In this document: in pieces, positions 26,572-39,746 of the stretch | Layout of the letters: each line of letters opens with the position of its first letter | Numbering within the stretch: the first letter of the stretch is position 1 | From: Rotaria socialis | Taxonomy: Eukaryota | Assembly (NCBI GenBank): GCA_905331295.1 | Contig: CAJNYD010000423.1 | Location: 124,001 to 188,000 of the forward strand | Reading direction: 5' to 3' | Length of the DNA stretch: 64,000 nt | Position numbers and translations under genes: made by a program | The notes under the pieces: generated by a model | What the model saw: the letters and a program-made list of their open reading frames with translations, nothing else | Told to the model about the DNA's origin: nothing | Databases searched by the model: none

Positions 26572-28810
26572 TTTTTGATTTGAGAAAAATCTAAAAGACT
26601 ATTATCCAAAAAGGTTTTTTCATGAGTTCGTGAGAGTAAAAAAAGGTAAAAATTCATAAGTATATATATATATATATACATATATACAAGTATAAGTAGG
26701 GTTTTTTCATCATCATCATGATCACGCGCTTACCACAAACAAGTATTCGTTGAGGAAGAAAAAAAAATGTGTATGTGCGTGAAGCACAAAAATTTAATGT
26801 ATGCATTGGTAAAATGCCGATAGTGGCTGCAATTGTTGTTTGAAGAAGAACGGACGGAAAGAGAGAAGAAAAACACCAACATGGTGGTCGTAGTAATTTT
26901 TAACTGCGTTCACTATTTTTTCAAAATATTGTCTCTATATGTCAATATCGTTGTGTCAATAACGGATTGTTTGGAAGGAGAAATATATATATATATATAT
27001 AAATCGATTCCAAGCACAACACTAGTCAAATTCATGATTCTATGATATTTAGCAATAGCTAAGCTAATGAAAAAATAAAAACGTTAAGCATTAAATTATT
27101 TTAGAGGTCAAGCGACTTATTAGGAGTAAAAGTGAAAACAGCAAAAATATGATTCTTTTGCTTCTTTCGATTTCGTATGTTCTGTTGTTTAAAAATAGAG
27201 ATGTAAGTAATAGATGTTGAATTTGCCCCTTAGCAAAAATTAAGTTCTAAGAGTTCCACTTTTTTCTTCGAACTCTAGAATAAAAGGCAAGAAAACAACT
27301 ATATATATATATATATTATGTTACATAAAACAAGTGCTACTCAATATTGTACGAAAAATATCATCATAATTCGTCTCGTTGATCATCAGAAGAGACAAAA
27401 AGTTTGAATATTAAAAGTCTGTATAAATAGATTACTTTGAATCAGCTGATAATCATGCTCTTTTTCCTATTCAAATGACTACTACTTTTATAAATTCTAT
27501 AACTCACTCGTATTACATCATCGTATTAAATAAACGTTTAGCAGAAACTATTATTCAAACATTTAGACTACTAAAGATTCAAGACAATGCGATCTATATT
27601 TACATGACAAAAAATAATACAATCAGACATAAGTTCTCTACGAAGTCAAAGATTTGAATGAATTTTTGACATCTATTACTAAATAATACCAATACATATT
27701 GTTTGAAGAAGAAGTATAGATATGTACATTGATTCTTTCGATGCAAGAACATTCATTTTGTCAGATACTACTAATATCTATATTTAGCAATAAAAAAGTA
27801 CTACAATCGACTGAGATTGAATAAAGAAAAACGTTTAAAGATTAGATGATTGCTTTTTTATTTGTTTAAAAACGTATCGTTCAAAGTAGAATGAACATTC
27901 GAGGGTAGATACCTATTAAAGATGATTAATATGACCGCAAAAACTCGTCGTGATGATTAATTTTATTTGAACTTGAAATATTTCGTCTATTCAACAATAA
28001 ATAATGATATTTTTTTCATTTTTGTTTATCAGAAAAACTGATAAAGCACATACTACATAGTTCACTTTTTCCTTATATTTTTAAAATGAAATTTATCACA
28101 TCAAAATCATACGATTTTGCTCGAATCCAAATAATGTTCTGGGAGTTATTTGTACCCACTTATATGCATGAAAAAATAACTCCATAAGACCTTGATTCCT
28201 CTTGAACAAATATAACTTCTCAATATTTCCTAAAACCATTCTTTTATGATATATATATCAAGCGACAATATCTAATCTTGCTTTTTATATCAATCCCCAA
28301 TGACGTCCTGATATTACTTGAAAGCATTGTCTGTCATGTATGGATGATAAACAAAAGATTCTTTCCTAAAAATGAACATTTGGATGCTTCGAAATAAACT
28401 ATGTGAAAAATAAAACTATGGAGATGAATTATAATAATTGCGTAGATTGAAATTTATTCTAATTGAACAGAAGTGAGGAAGACCATTGTGTGCTCATTAG
28501 ACATCATTAATATCAGTTTACAAGTAAATCATAGATGATGGAAGATTTCAGTTTAATATAAATAGTAGATTAACAAAAGTTATTCTTCTCGTTTTGTATT
28601 GTTCTTGTTGTTGTCTTCATCATAATCAAGATACATAAGATACGCATTTTAATTTTATATTCTCGTGAGACGTTAAAAAAAGGATCAATAAGAAAGAAAG
28701 AAAGGAAAAGATAGCAACTAGCAAACACGCTAAATAGGTTCACTTCAGAGTATGCGTGCAGAGCATTAGACGTATCATTTCAGGATTTCATTGCAATATT
28801 CTTCAAAACA

Positions 28811-31319
28811 ATGGCAACAAATATTCATGACGATGAAAAAATCCGGACTGAAGTTAACATTCAAGAAAGTACGCATACATTAGGATAATCATTTTTTTTC
28901 TAAAAGTCCAATTCAATAGCAGAACGTGACTATATCTATATGTATATATTTTATACATAGATGTGCATGAAGATATGCTGAAAGATTCAGAAATGAGAAA
29001 GCTGGCAGCTATAACAGATGATATAGATAGTATTAGTCGTCGAACAGGCACTACAGAACAATTGGTTGTAGTCAAGAAATCCTCATCAGCACTATTAACT
29101 CAACAATCGTCTTCAATACCACGAGACCTATGGACAAATAAAATTGAATTTCTTTTATCAGTTATTGGTTACGTAGTTGATCTTGGTAAGTACAGCGTAT
29201 AATAGAAAAACTAAATAACATATAATCGTTCATTGTTCAATTGACAGGTAATGTTTGGCGATTTCCGTATACATGCTATAAGAATGGTGGTGGTGCATTT
29301 TTAATTCCGTACATGATCTTTCTATGTATTCTTGGAATTCCGATGCTGTAAGTATGAACAATTTTTTCTCAACTATTCGATTAGAACTGAGAATATCTAA
29401 TTACTTTGTATTGATAAATACATATATTAAGAATAGCTGAATTTTCTCAATTGTAATATTTCTTTAAAAAAAACGCTGTATTTTGCTTTCGATAGTTATC
29501 TTGAATTATTTCTTGGTCAATTTTATCATTGCGGCAATATTACATTATGGGGTAGAATAGCACCATCCATGAAAGGTATTGGTATAGCATCATTTTTAAT
29601 CGTTACTGCTGTTACATTGTTCTATACAACTATCATCGGTAAGAATAAATAAATAGATGTATTTATTATTCTGATATATTATCTTCTGTTTTTCATTACA
29701 GCACATGCTGTTTTTTATTTATTTGCGTCATTTCGAAGAATTATGCCATGGAGTTTATGTTCTCATTCATGGAATACACGACTTTGTTCGGAACGTTTGC
29801 GTCCAGACGAAATAAATAATCAAACTTTTGGAGATATTCATTCCAATGGATCATTACCGTATATAAATGAATCGAAAATTTCATCAGCTGAAGAATATTA
29901 TGATATCTATATGTTAGGTATAAACCGTTCAACAGGTTTAAATGATTTAGGTTCTATTAAAACTGATTTACTTTTATGTCTTATATCAATATTCATTCTT
30001 ATGTATGTGTGCATTTTTCGCGGAGTCAAAAGTACAGGTAATAAAGAGACAAGAAAAGAAAAGAAAACTGATGAATTTGAAAAAACAAATATTCTCTTCT
30101 ATAATTCTTAGGCAAAGCTGTTTATATCACTGCTGTATTACCTTATATTGTTTTAATAATATTACTTATTCAAGGTCTTAGTTTAGAAGGTTCACTAAAT
30201 GGTATAACTTATTTTTTAAAGCCAACATTTGAAAGATTGAAAGATTTGAAAGTCTGGTATTCAGCAGCGAATCAAATATTTTTTACGCTTGGTTCTGGTT
30301 TATCTGTTTTAACAACTTATGGTTCATACAATATATCAACAAATAATTGTTATTATGATGCGTTAATTGCTGTTGTAGCAAATTTTGCAGCAAGCTTTCT
30401 AGCTGGTTTTGTTGTTTTTTCTGCCCTAGGTCATATGTCATGGCGCTTGAACAAAAATGTAGCGACAGTTGTTGATCAAGGATCAAGTCTATCATTTATA
30501 GCTTATCCAGAAATATTAGCAACATTTAAATATCCAACATTTTTTTCAATAATATTCTTCTTAATGGTGATTAATCTAGGACTCGATAGTGATTTTGGTG
30601 GTTTAGAAGCTATGTATACAGCATTGAGTGATGAATATGTATTATTAAAGCGTCATAGAAAATGTGGCATGTTCATTATGTGTTGTGTACTTGTTATTGC
30701 TTGTTTGCCAACAGTTACGTACGGTAAATTATTAAATCTATCGAAATTTTTTTATTTTTTTTATTAATTAGGTGGAAATTATGTTGTACAATATTTGGAT
30801 AAATTCTCAACTGGTCCAGCATTAATGCTTGTTGTCATGATGGAAGCAATTGCTGCCAGTTGGGTAAGAATAGTTCCGTCTGTGTTTTTTCTTCTTCTTC
30901 TGATGACCAGTTTCTTTTTAAAGGTTTATGGAATTAATAATATTGCCAATGATATGCGAATACATCTTGGTTTTGAACCGAATTATTTTTTTCGTTTTAC
31001 TTGGAAAATTTTATGTCCATTCATTGTTACTTTATTAATGATATTTTCATTAATCTCTTCCGATGAATTAATGTATGGAAATTACCTATATCCATCATGG
31101 TCAATTGTATTTGGTTGGTGTTTCAATATGACTTTAATTTTACCAATACCAATAGTTATGATTTATGTATTTATACGTTATTCTGATCCAGAAAAATCTT
31201 TAAGAGAACGCATTTACTTCTTATTTGTACCAACAATAACAAAGCAAAAATTAAAACAACAGGTTGAAAATGGAAATGCATTTATTGTACCATCATCACC
31301 ACCAATTTCACATGTTTAA
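28811..31319 (+). CDS. SLC6 Na+/Cl- monoamine transporter, serotonin-transporter-like, ~8 exons
   Basis: [43 protein letters not shown] (TM1 Asp of monoamine transporters; Tyr/Gly as in SERT), [46 protein letters not shown]. Confidence 0.93.
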
Positions 31320-31498
31320 ATGTTGTCTGTGGGTAAAAATATGATTCTCTATATCTCGCTGTATGTCTCCCTATAAATATATATATTTGTATTTTCTTGT
31401 CCTTAAAATAAACATAATCATATTGATAGATTTTATTTTACTTCGTTTTATACAATCGAAAAGAAAGAAATACTTTGTATGGTATATCACTGTAAAAT

Positions 31499-32614
31499 TT
31501 ATGATGCTTGAACTGATGTTAATGTTTCTTGATTAGTTGAACTTGGCAAACGTAATAATGGTAAAGATGGTCTTATCGAGACATTTCTTTCTTTATGCTT
31601 ATCTGCCGTCGTTTGTCCATGAAGATTGGATGATCGACAACAAATAATACCAATAGCAACATCTCGAAAATCTGTTGAAGTTAACCAATAAATAATAAAT
31701 GATGAAACATGACTTGTTGTTGCTAAATTACTTAATCCCATTGTAATTAAATTTCGATGAATTTTGACTCTTTTCCCCAAAAAAATGTAAAATATGGCAG
31801 AAGGTGATGTAAATGCAATGAAAAATACCGCTATCAATACTAATGTTTTAGTTAAACGGCTACCATCATTTGTTATTGAATTGCGATTTGAATAATTTGC
31901 GGATGATTGTTTTGCTAGAGAACTTTTTGGCATTTTTGACTTTCGTGTACGTCGCCGAGATTCATCAACGTGACGGATTATATATATATTACATAAAATC
32001 ATTAATCCAAATGGAATAAAATTATATAATAATAAATGAGCTATTTCCCAAAATTGAAAGAATGTAGATCGATAGCATGCCACTTGTGTTTTCGTCTGAT
32101 TAAATTTATCAACAGAAGCTATATATTTACCATTTACAATCCATGTAGGCGAATTGATAAGAGCCATAAGAAAAATAGTTATCCAACAAATACGATGCAT
32201 AATATGTGGCTTTGATATATATTTTTTTATAGGCCAATTATGATGTAATGAGACACAACGTGTAAATGATGCTAATGTCTTCAGCCATGCGCCACATTCA
32301 AGTGAAAAGTAAGCTCCGTAAGATATTAATTTACAAATTAACATTGAATGTTGTTCAAGGTTTTTAATTGCAACATTTTTTTGCCGTTTCCAGATAAGTT
32401 CTCTGATAACATAATTTAAGTTCCAAGTAAACGGAATGAGAAGTTCAACAAGAGCTAAATATGAAAAAACTATGATGGTTGGATTTGAACGATTAGGTAA
32501 ATGCCGTTTGAATATATACAAACAAAGAAGATTTAATGGGGTACCAGCAAGTATAAGAATAAGAGAGTAAAGACCAAAAGTAAAATATCCGTAATAAACT
32601 AGTGTATCTATCAT
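31499..32614 (-). CDS. Orphan rhodopsin-class GPCR (peptide-receptor-like), intronless
   Basis: Seven hydrophobic segments: GTPLN (TM1), LICKL...SFTRC (degenerate DRY), FIPF (TM5), FTSP (TM6), SFIIYWLTSTDFR (TM7/H8). Convergent with the SLC6 gene across ~180 bp. Confidence 0.88.
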   Translation of the reverse strand: MIDTLVYYGYFTFGLYSLILILAGTPLNLLCLYIFKRHLPNRSNPTIIVFSYLALVELLIPFTWNLNYVIRELIWKRQKNVAIKNLEQHSMLICKLISYGAYFSLECGAWLKTLASFTRCVSLHHNWPIKKYISKPHIMHRICWITIFLMALINSPTWIVNGKYIASVDKFNQTKTQVACYRSTFFQFWEIAHLLLYNFIPFGLMILCNIYIIRHVDESRRRTRKSKMPKSSLAKQSSANYSNRNSITNDGSRLTKTLVLIAVFFIAFTSPSAIFYIFLGKRVKIHRNLITMGLSNLATTSHVSSFIIYWLTSTDFRDVAIGIICCRSSNLHGQTTADKHKERNVSIRPSLPLLRLPSSTNQETLTSVQAS

Positions 32615-32862
32615 AGTTAATTATTCTAGAAATAGAACAAGATAGAAAAGCTATTAATTCAAATATTATATGGCAATACAATATTATAATCATTAGTAAT
32701 CAATTAGAATAGTTGTCTGTGAATGGTAACGGGTTGCCTATACATTCTTGGATTTTAATTATGTCATTGGTGAAGTTAATGAAACATATAAATAATAAAA
32801 TAACTTCCAAAGAATGTTTGTCATACTTTCATTATTATCAAATTTCGACAATAATGATATTA

Positions 32863-32870
32863 ACAACAAT

Positions 32871-32902
<32 letters not shown>
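32863..32902. repeat. (ACA)n trinucleotide microsatellite upstream of the GPCR ORF
   Basis: Direct reading of acaacaaca... Confidence 0.9.
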
Positions 32903-32904
<2 letters not shown>

Positions 32905-35103
32905 ACGATATTACGTTTTTTTAGAACATCCATGGAGACTTAAACGCTAAGTCTTATACTACTTTTTCTTTGGCAAACCTATTTAACGTTATTGTGTTCT
33001 GTATAAGAGTCCCACGTGAGTAATGCTTTCATTTTTACAGCCTATTCTTCTCAATCGAATGATTTTTATATAAGAGATGAAACGCTTAAGAAACCTTTGG
33101 GAGCAAAACTACTGGTTACCAATTTTTGCTTAAAATATACTTAATATACAAAAGAAAAAGTAGACTTACCAAATATTAATTAATCAATAAAGCCTGTTAC
33201 AATATAAATGAAAGATTGGTAACAGATAGGAATCATTTATAGTCTTCTGTCTTGGTCTCAATTGATCAGATAGTTAGATATCTATTTAAGTAAAGGTTCT
33301 TATTAACTAATAATTTCTTTTTCTTTTTCTATTCTATAAATCGACACAATACCCTACACGACTGCTTGAATCGAGTTAATTGTCTTTCTCTTTTTCATGC
33401 TTTTGGTCTCTTTTTTCCGTCGTTAAATATACACATATCGGCTATAGACAACCATAATTTTCACCATAATTGCCTACTACTTATTGACTGACAATGAAAC
33501 TGCGAGAAAATCTACATATGCACATTACACCTCAACTCACTTTCAAATTACTTGGCAAACATGTTAGAACAAAAAAAAACAGAAGAAGAAATAAGCGGAA
33601 CTGTCAAGTACTACCCTATATGTGTTTTCACCATACTTAACTTTGTTCCTGTAGTTTATTACGAGAATAATAAAGAAAGAAAAAGAAAAAAGGCAACATG
33701 TACGCAAATATTGTTCCACTGGATTAATTAAAATGATTAAAAGTATAAATAGAACTTCAAGTAGTTACAAAATACAAATATAATATTGTTGTCATTCGAC
33801 AGAAACAACTTGTGTTAGAATGAAGGCAATATGGTCAACAGAGATACCATGGTCACTAGAGGAAAAGCAGTTTCTGTGTTGATAACTAATAAATAGTAGT
33901 GTGTTTATCGACAACTTTTCGAAAACATTTATTAGAGACTTTATTATCAGAAGATTATACAGATACTTATATTATTTTATTGGATTAATACAGACACTAT
34001 GTTTCAACATATTTATAAAATTTCAATTTACATTAGTTCTATTATTTCAAATGAAATCTATTTAAGATAAGTTTGTTATTTTTCAACAGTGATTCCTCAC
34101 CTTAATATTGTTCAATCATATATTTTGTTCATAAATCCATGTGTAAATTGAAATAGAATACAAAATATAGCATTAAAAAGATATTTATTTCGATTTATAA
34201 TTATATAAATTCATATCATTATAAAAAGTGTTTCATAGTATAGTAAAATAGAAGTAAACAAATATTTTTTGTTTTATTTGAAATTCTTCTTTTTTAAAAC
34301 GAACAAATTATAAATAGTAAAGATAAAATATTTGATAGAAATCTTACAAAAAAAAACAAATAAAGGGATTAATCTAGGTTTTTTTCATTACAATTGACAG
34401 ACAGACAAAAAAATGGATACTTATACTATTAAAAATAATCTTTTCTAACCAAAAAAAAACATTTTCTCCTTAACGAAAATCATTATCTGAATTATTATGT
34501 TTAGATTTACTGACAATAAAGTATTCAATAGTGATACTACTACAAGAATCCAAGATTATAAAAAAAATCATAAGCACAAAAAATAGACATTTTCCGACTT
34601 GTTTTTCATCATATCATATGATTGAGCTAATAAAGAAATCATTGTTTTCTGCAATATTTATTTCTCTCTTTTAATATTGTATAAGATTAATGAAAATGAC
34701 ATCTAAACCATACATATCAATTACTTGTGCACTTCAGTACTATTTCTGGAAGCCGAAAGAAAATGACGACAGTAGAAATACAATACAATTTGAATCAATA
34801 CAAAAAATAGCGACGCAACCGGAAGAAAATCAATTTGAAAGAAAAACAACGCTGAACGGAATATGTCACATAACTAAAATGATTCTGCAGTTTCTTTAAC
34901 AAATATATTAATCTAATATCAATTGACACAAAGAAAAATGCTTCATTTTGTCTCATAAGTTATCCTTTATCTAGATAAATATTTCATTTATTATATCATG
35001 TTTTATGCATGACTTGCATAATGCAGATGTTCTTCAAGTGAAATTCTGCACTTCACAGAATAGCGACGACCCAATTTAATCAAAAACAGTTGTGTCATAT
35101 GTC

Positions 35104-35664
35104 GGTTTAGCCCCGATCCGTCCCTGATTGGTCCCATACCCAATTCGGTCCATTTAAATTTTTCTTGACTCGTCCCTGTATTTTTCTCAGCAACTCCCAA
35201 CTCGTCCCTGATTGCCTGGAAAATAATATAGTACGTTATAGAGAAAGAACTATTTATTATCAAAGAAAAGAAAGATTAGAGTAAAGTTATTACTCTCTTT
35301 ATTGTTCTTTTTCTTGACCAGTTTTATTTTCCCGTTTTTTTGTATATTGACGTCCTTTAAAGTTCAACACAAGCTTTGAACGTTCGATATATGTGAACTT
35401 AAACATGAGTTATTTGGTTTACTAGAGAAATAAAAGCAATTTTCTTTATGCTCGCTATTTTCCTAAGTTTTTTTTCGTATTTCAGAAGATCAACGAGACA
35501 TAAGGTATCGTGATTAGTATACTTACCATTCAATAGATGAGGATAATCACGACATTCCGAAAAAATAGATGCCAATTAAGCATGAAACGAATTGTGATAG
35601 GTACAAATTCGGAATGGGACAAACTGGGTACGCGTCTAATCAGGGACGAATCGGAGTGACACCC
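35104..35664. mobile_element. Non-autonomous DNA transposon (~560 bp) with degenerate ~55-bp TIRs and an 8-9-bp target duplication (MULE- or hAT-like)
   Basis: Left ggtttagccccgatccgtccctgattgg; right reverse complement ggtgtcactccgattcgtccctgattag. Flanks are catatgtc and tatatgtc. Internal CTCGTCCCTG repeats. Confidence 0.65.
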
Positions 35665-37376
35665 TATATGTCTCGTAGGATGTCAGACGGTTGCAAGAAA
35701 GAAAGGAAAAGGAAAAAGCAAAAGGCAAGACCATTCATAGACATTATATGATAGCGAGACAACAACACAGTATAACTAGAATATAGTTATGTTCTCATTA
35801 TTATATACTATGAATGAAATAGAATATCTTATTGTATCAAAGTTCTCTCGAAGCAAAAAATTTGTCACAGCAGAAGTATATCAATCCATGAAAAAGGCAA
35901 CATTAGCAATACCATTGACCGGGATGGAAAACAAAATCTTCCGATGAGTAATGATTACTTATCAAAATATGAGCTTATCATTTTCTTTTGCATTGAAATA
36001 TGCTAGAATCAAATCAAATGCCAACGACTAAAGCATACTACTACTACTATAGATATTGTAGGTTCCACAAGAAGTTGAATACTTTAAATGAATTCAAATG
36101 TCAAATCATAAATATATTATTATTGAAGCGAAATCTCAAACCGACATCAATGGGAACTTCTATGTCAGAAATATGAGTAAAAACATAGGATTCTTATCTT
36201 ACAATTTGTTACACATCATCATTTTCATCGATAGAAGTTATAATTAAGACAGAACAGAAGATATATATATATATATATATTGATTAAAGCGTAATCACTT
36301 TCACTAGTCTCATTATGTAAACATATCGTACATAGTATTAGTCTTTGCTTTTTTTTGAATGCTATTTCAAATAAATAAAGATATATGTCATTTAATAAAT
36401 CATGATTCATTCATTCTGTTTGCAGATGAGTTTTTTCTCCCATACATTCCATAGCATTCAGCATTCAGTCATCGGATAAATTATATCAAAAAACAAATCA
36501 CCGATTATTTTCGGCACTAGTACACTTCGTCGCGATCACTTTGTGGTCATCATTTCATCGCACGATTACTTCGCCGCATACAAAGGAGAGAGTACATTCT
36601 TTGAATTAAATGATTTAGTTGAATATGTTACTGATTCATCACCTTAATAAATGCATTCCTCTACAATATTAAGACTATTTCTTAACAATAGAATTCTTTT
36701 ATCAACTAATCACAGGGGTCAATTTAAAAATTTATTTTCTTTAAATTTTTAAATTTTTAATTACACAAAAATTAAAGCTAAATTCGAAATAAAATTCTAC
36801 AGTTAAATTTAAAATAATTTAAATTTTTTTTTCAATGAAAATGTGCTTTAAATAAAGCTATATATGTAAAAAAAAATATTTTTCTTCAAATTAAAATATT
36901 TTTAACATTAAAATGTGTCACCTCTAAAAACTGATACCGAAAGAATACTACACACTTACAGAATTATTTGGGATTATTTATTTTTAATGTTCGCACTATC
37001 GAAAACCTAAAAGTACATTTCAAAAATATTCAAAGCCACTTCATCCAATAATTGAGTAACTTTGCAAATCACAGGAAATGATCCTAGAAATTACTGAACG
37101 AATTATGCAGCCCAAGAAAGAGCACACTTTACCTTAATTTCTTCTTGTTTTTTCTTAGCTCAAGATTTCATCAGAAATTGTCTACTTAAAGGACTTGAGT
37201 CCAATTTCATTTAATGGGAGACTATTTGGAATGTAACAGAAGAATTTTTTTCGTAATTTTTTATAGAACTAATTAATTGTTGTCTCCAAATGCATTTATT
37301 ATCCATCAGATTTTTTTCTTCACCATTTGTTTTTTATAAAAAAAAAATTCATTTTTAAAGAGTATTCGCCTTATGT

Positions 37377-38221
37377 TTATTTAGTATCTTTATTTAAAGC
37401 TTTTTTCATCGCTTGCATGCATTCATCGCTTGTAACTGCTTCAAAATATTCTTGTTTTTCTTTTTCGTTGTCTTTCGAATCCAATTCTATTACATCTGAC
37501 CACCATTTTTGTTTTGTTATTTGAAAACCTTTCAATGGCCTTTCACTGATCATTTTCAACCATTTTCGTGCTAAATCATCTGGTGTTTCACTTCTTTCAC
37601 ATCGAATTGGAAAATCATTTGATGAAACAAGATTTGCATCGACAAGAAATCGATATCCTAACTGAGGTTCAAGTTGATGTTGAACGAGTTTGACCGCTTT
37701 TAATGGGTACGGAATACCAACAATTGGCCCAGTAATACCAATACGAAATGGTTTTCGTGTACCCATTGCAATATAATCACAAGAAAGAGCAAGTATAAGG
37801 CCACCAGCAATAGTATGACCATCAAGTGAACAAGCAACCGGTTTTGAACAATGTAGAGGAGCAGTCATGCCTCGACTGAGTGTTTCGAAGACGAAGTTAT
37901 CTATGACTGCCCGTTGACGAGCAATCGACAAATTATATACGGTTGAGAGATCAGCACCAGCACTGAATGTTGAACTATACAAAAGAAAAGTTCGTAGTTG
38001 AAGAAGTTGTTAGGCTATTGAAAAAATATATGCCTTAAGTTAGATCGAAGAAGAACGCCTTTGATTTTATTATCATTTGAAGCTTGATTAAAAGCGTGAA
38101 TGAGTTCGTTGAGTAGTTCTGGTGACATTGCATTAGCTTTTGGACGATTCATTGATATGGTTAGAATAGTATCAGTCAATGATATACTTAGTGTCTTCCA
38201 ATGTTGTTGTAAAAGTGACAT
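37377..38221 (-). CDS. Enoyl-CoA hydratase/isomerase (crotonase) family, copy 1; exons 38221-38034 and 37974-37377, 261 aa
   Basis: MNRPKANAM, FSAGADL, KPVACSLDGHTIAGGLILALSCDY. The 59-nt intron has a GC donor. ITGP stands where copy 2 has ITEL. Confidence 0.88.
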
Positions 38222-39746
38222 TTTCAATTTTCAGTGTTTTTTCAATAGTACTAATGAAGTTATGAATAGAATCTGAAATAGTTCGATCATTTATTATCAC
38301 GAAAAGTTCAGGAAAAAACGAAGTATCTCAAATATTTTTAAGCACAACTGTATATTTATTTCATCCAATCGAGTTCGACTGTACACAGATGACTCAAAAA
38401 TTATTTTCAATTTTGTTCAAATAACATACACGACAAAACTAGAAAATTCTTAAAAAAATTTCAGTCTATCCACAAGAACAATGTACTTTTGAATGATCTG
38501 CTCTTTTCTTTATTTCTGCATGTCATTTTTGTTTTTGTTTATATTTTGTAATTAAATTACGGTCTACTTGTTAGTAAGATCGTTTATTTAATTAAAAGCT
38601 CTTTATTGATTTGATATCTTTATTTTATCTCGCTAAGATTACATCGCATAACTCACTGATAAACAAATATTAATTAGTGCATAAATTTAAAATTCTATAA
38701 ATTGGTTTCTTTATATTGCCTCAGACCATGAGATTACATTGAATTCAAAAGCATAGAGTCAGATTCCAGTTTTTTTACGAAAGTTCAAAGTATACTTTTT
38801 TTTTAAATTTCTTAGACAATCTTCTCAATGATTTTAGTAGAATCATGTTATTACTAGCTCTTAGTGTCTGAGTAACACTCATCAACTCGATTCATTCAAG
38901 TATAAAATTATCAGTTGCAAAACTGGAGTAGTTCAAAAGTTTTCTAATGAAGTCTAAGCTTTCTAAAAATGATCCTCGACGTAAATTTCACGGAAAAAAA
39001 ACTTATTCTCTTGGATTTTCTGAGAAAGATCATAGGAGAACAGAAGTTACATTACAGTCTATCTTGCATATGAATATTTTGTATAAAATCTTTTCACTAT
39101 CATAAAAAAAAGTATTTTTCTCCGGTTTACGTAGTGCACTTATCGAATAACTCTAGAAACAATCATATTCATCCGTCTATATTAATAGGATTTAACAAGA
39201 AAATAGTCTTGTGAAATAGTATGTCATATTAATAGTCATTGTGAGAATACATTTGACAAAAAAGCTTATTTTCTAGGTTATTCGATATGTTCACAAGTTT
39301 GACAACATGAAAAATATTTTTTAACAAAGATCTGGTTAGTCTTGCAAAGAAATTTTCTGCGATAGTTCTAGAGAAAATTTAAAGAAATTTCTAATGCTCA
39401 TATTTAACATCAACATAGTGAAATTCATAGAATACCATATTTTCTATCGACGACACAGGGTTTACTAAGGCGTAAAGATTTACCTCAGCAGCTATTTTCC
39501 TTCATTCTTTCTGTAAGATTTGCTGACTTTCAAAAATACTATACTTTTCTTACAAAATATATACAGCACTTGCATCCGCACACGACGGTTTTTTTCTAAA
39601 CAGCAAAAAGTCAACGAGGACGAAGGCGGTACAAAGTATGAAAATAAATCAAAATTTGAAGCTGCCCCTAAGGAAATTGAAACCTTGAGATGTCCTCATA
39701 AAATGTAAAAGCTCATTAAAATAATATTCTTGTGTAACAAGTACAC

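Noticed and set aside
30864..30923. 20-aa hydrophobic insertion in the SLC6 ORF
   Set aside because: It is a 60-nt in-frame GT-AG intron; splicing restores ASW|VYG.
36522..36580. Short imperfect CACTTCGTCGC-type repeats
   Set aside because: Only about four degenerate units without spacers or termini; likely transposon debris, not CRISPR.
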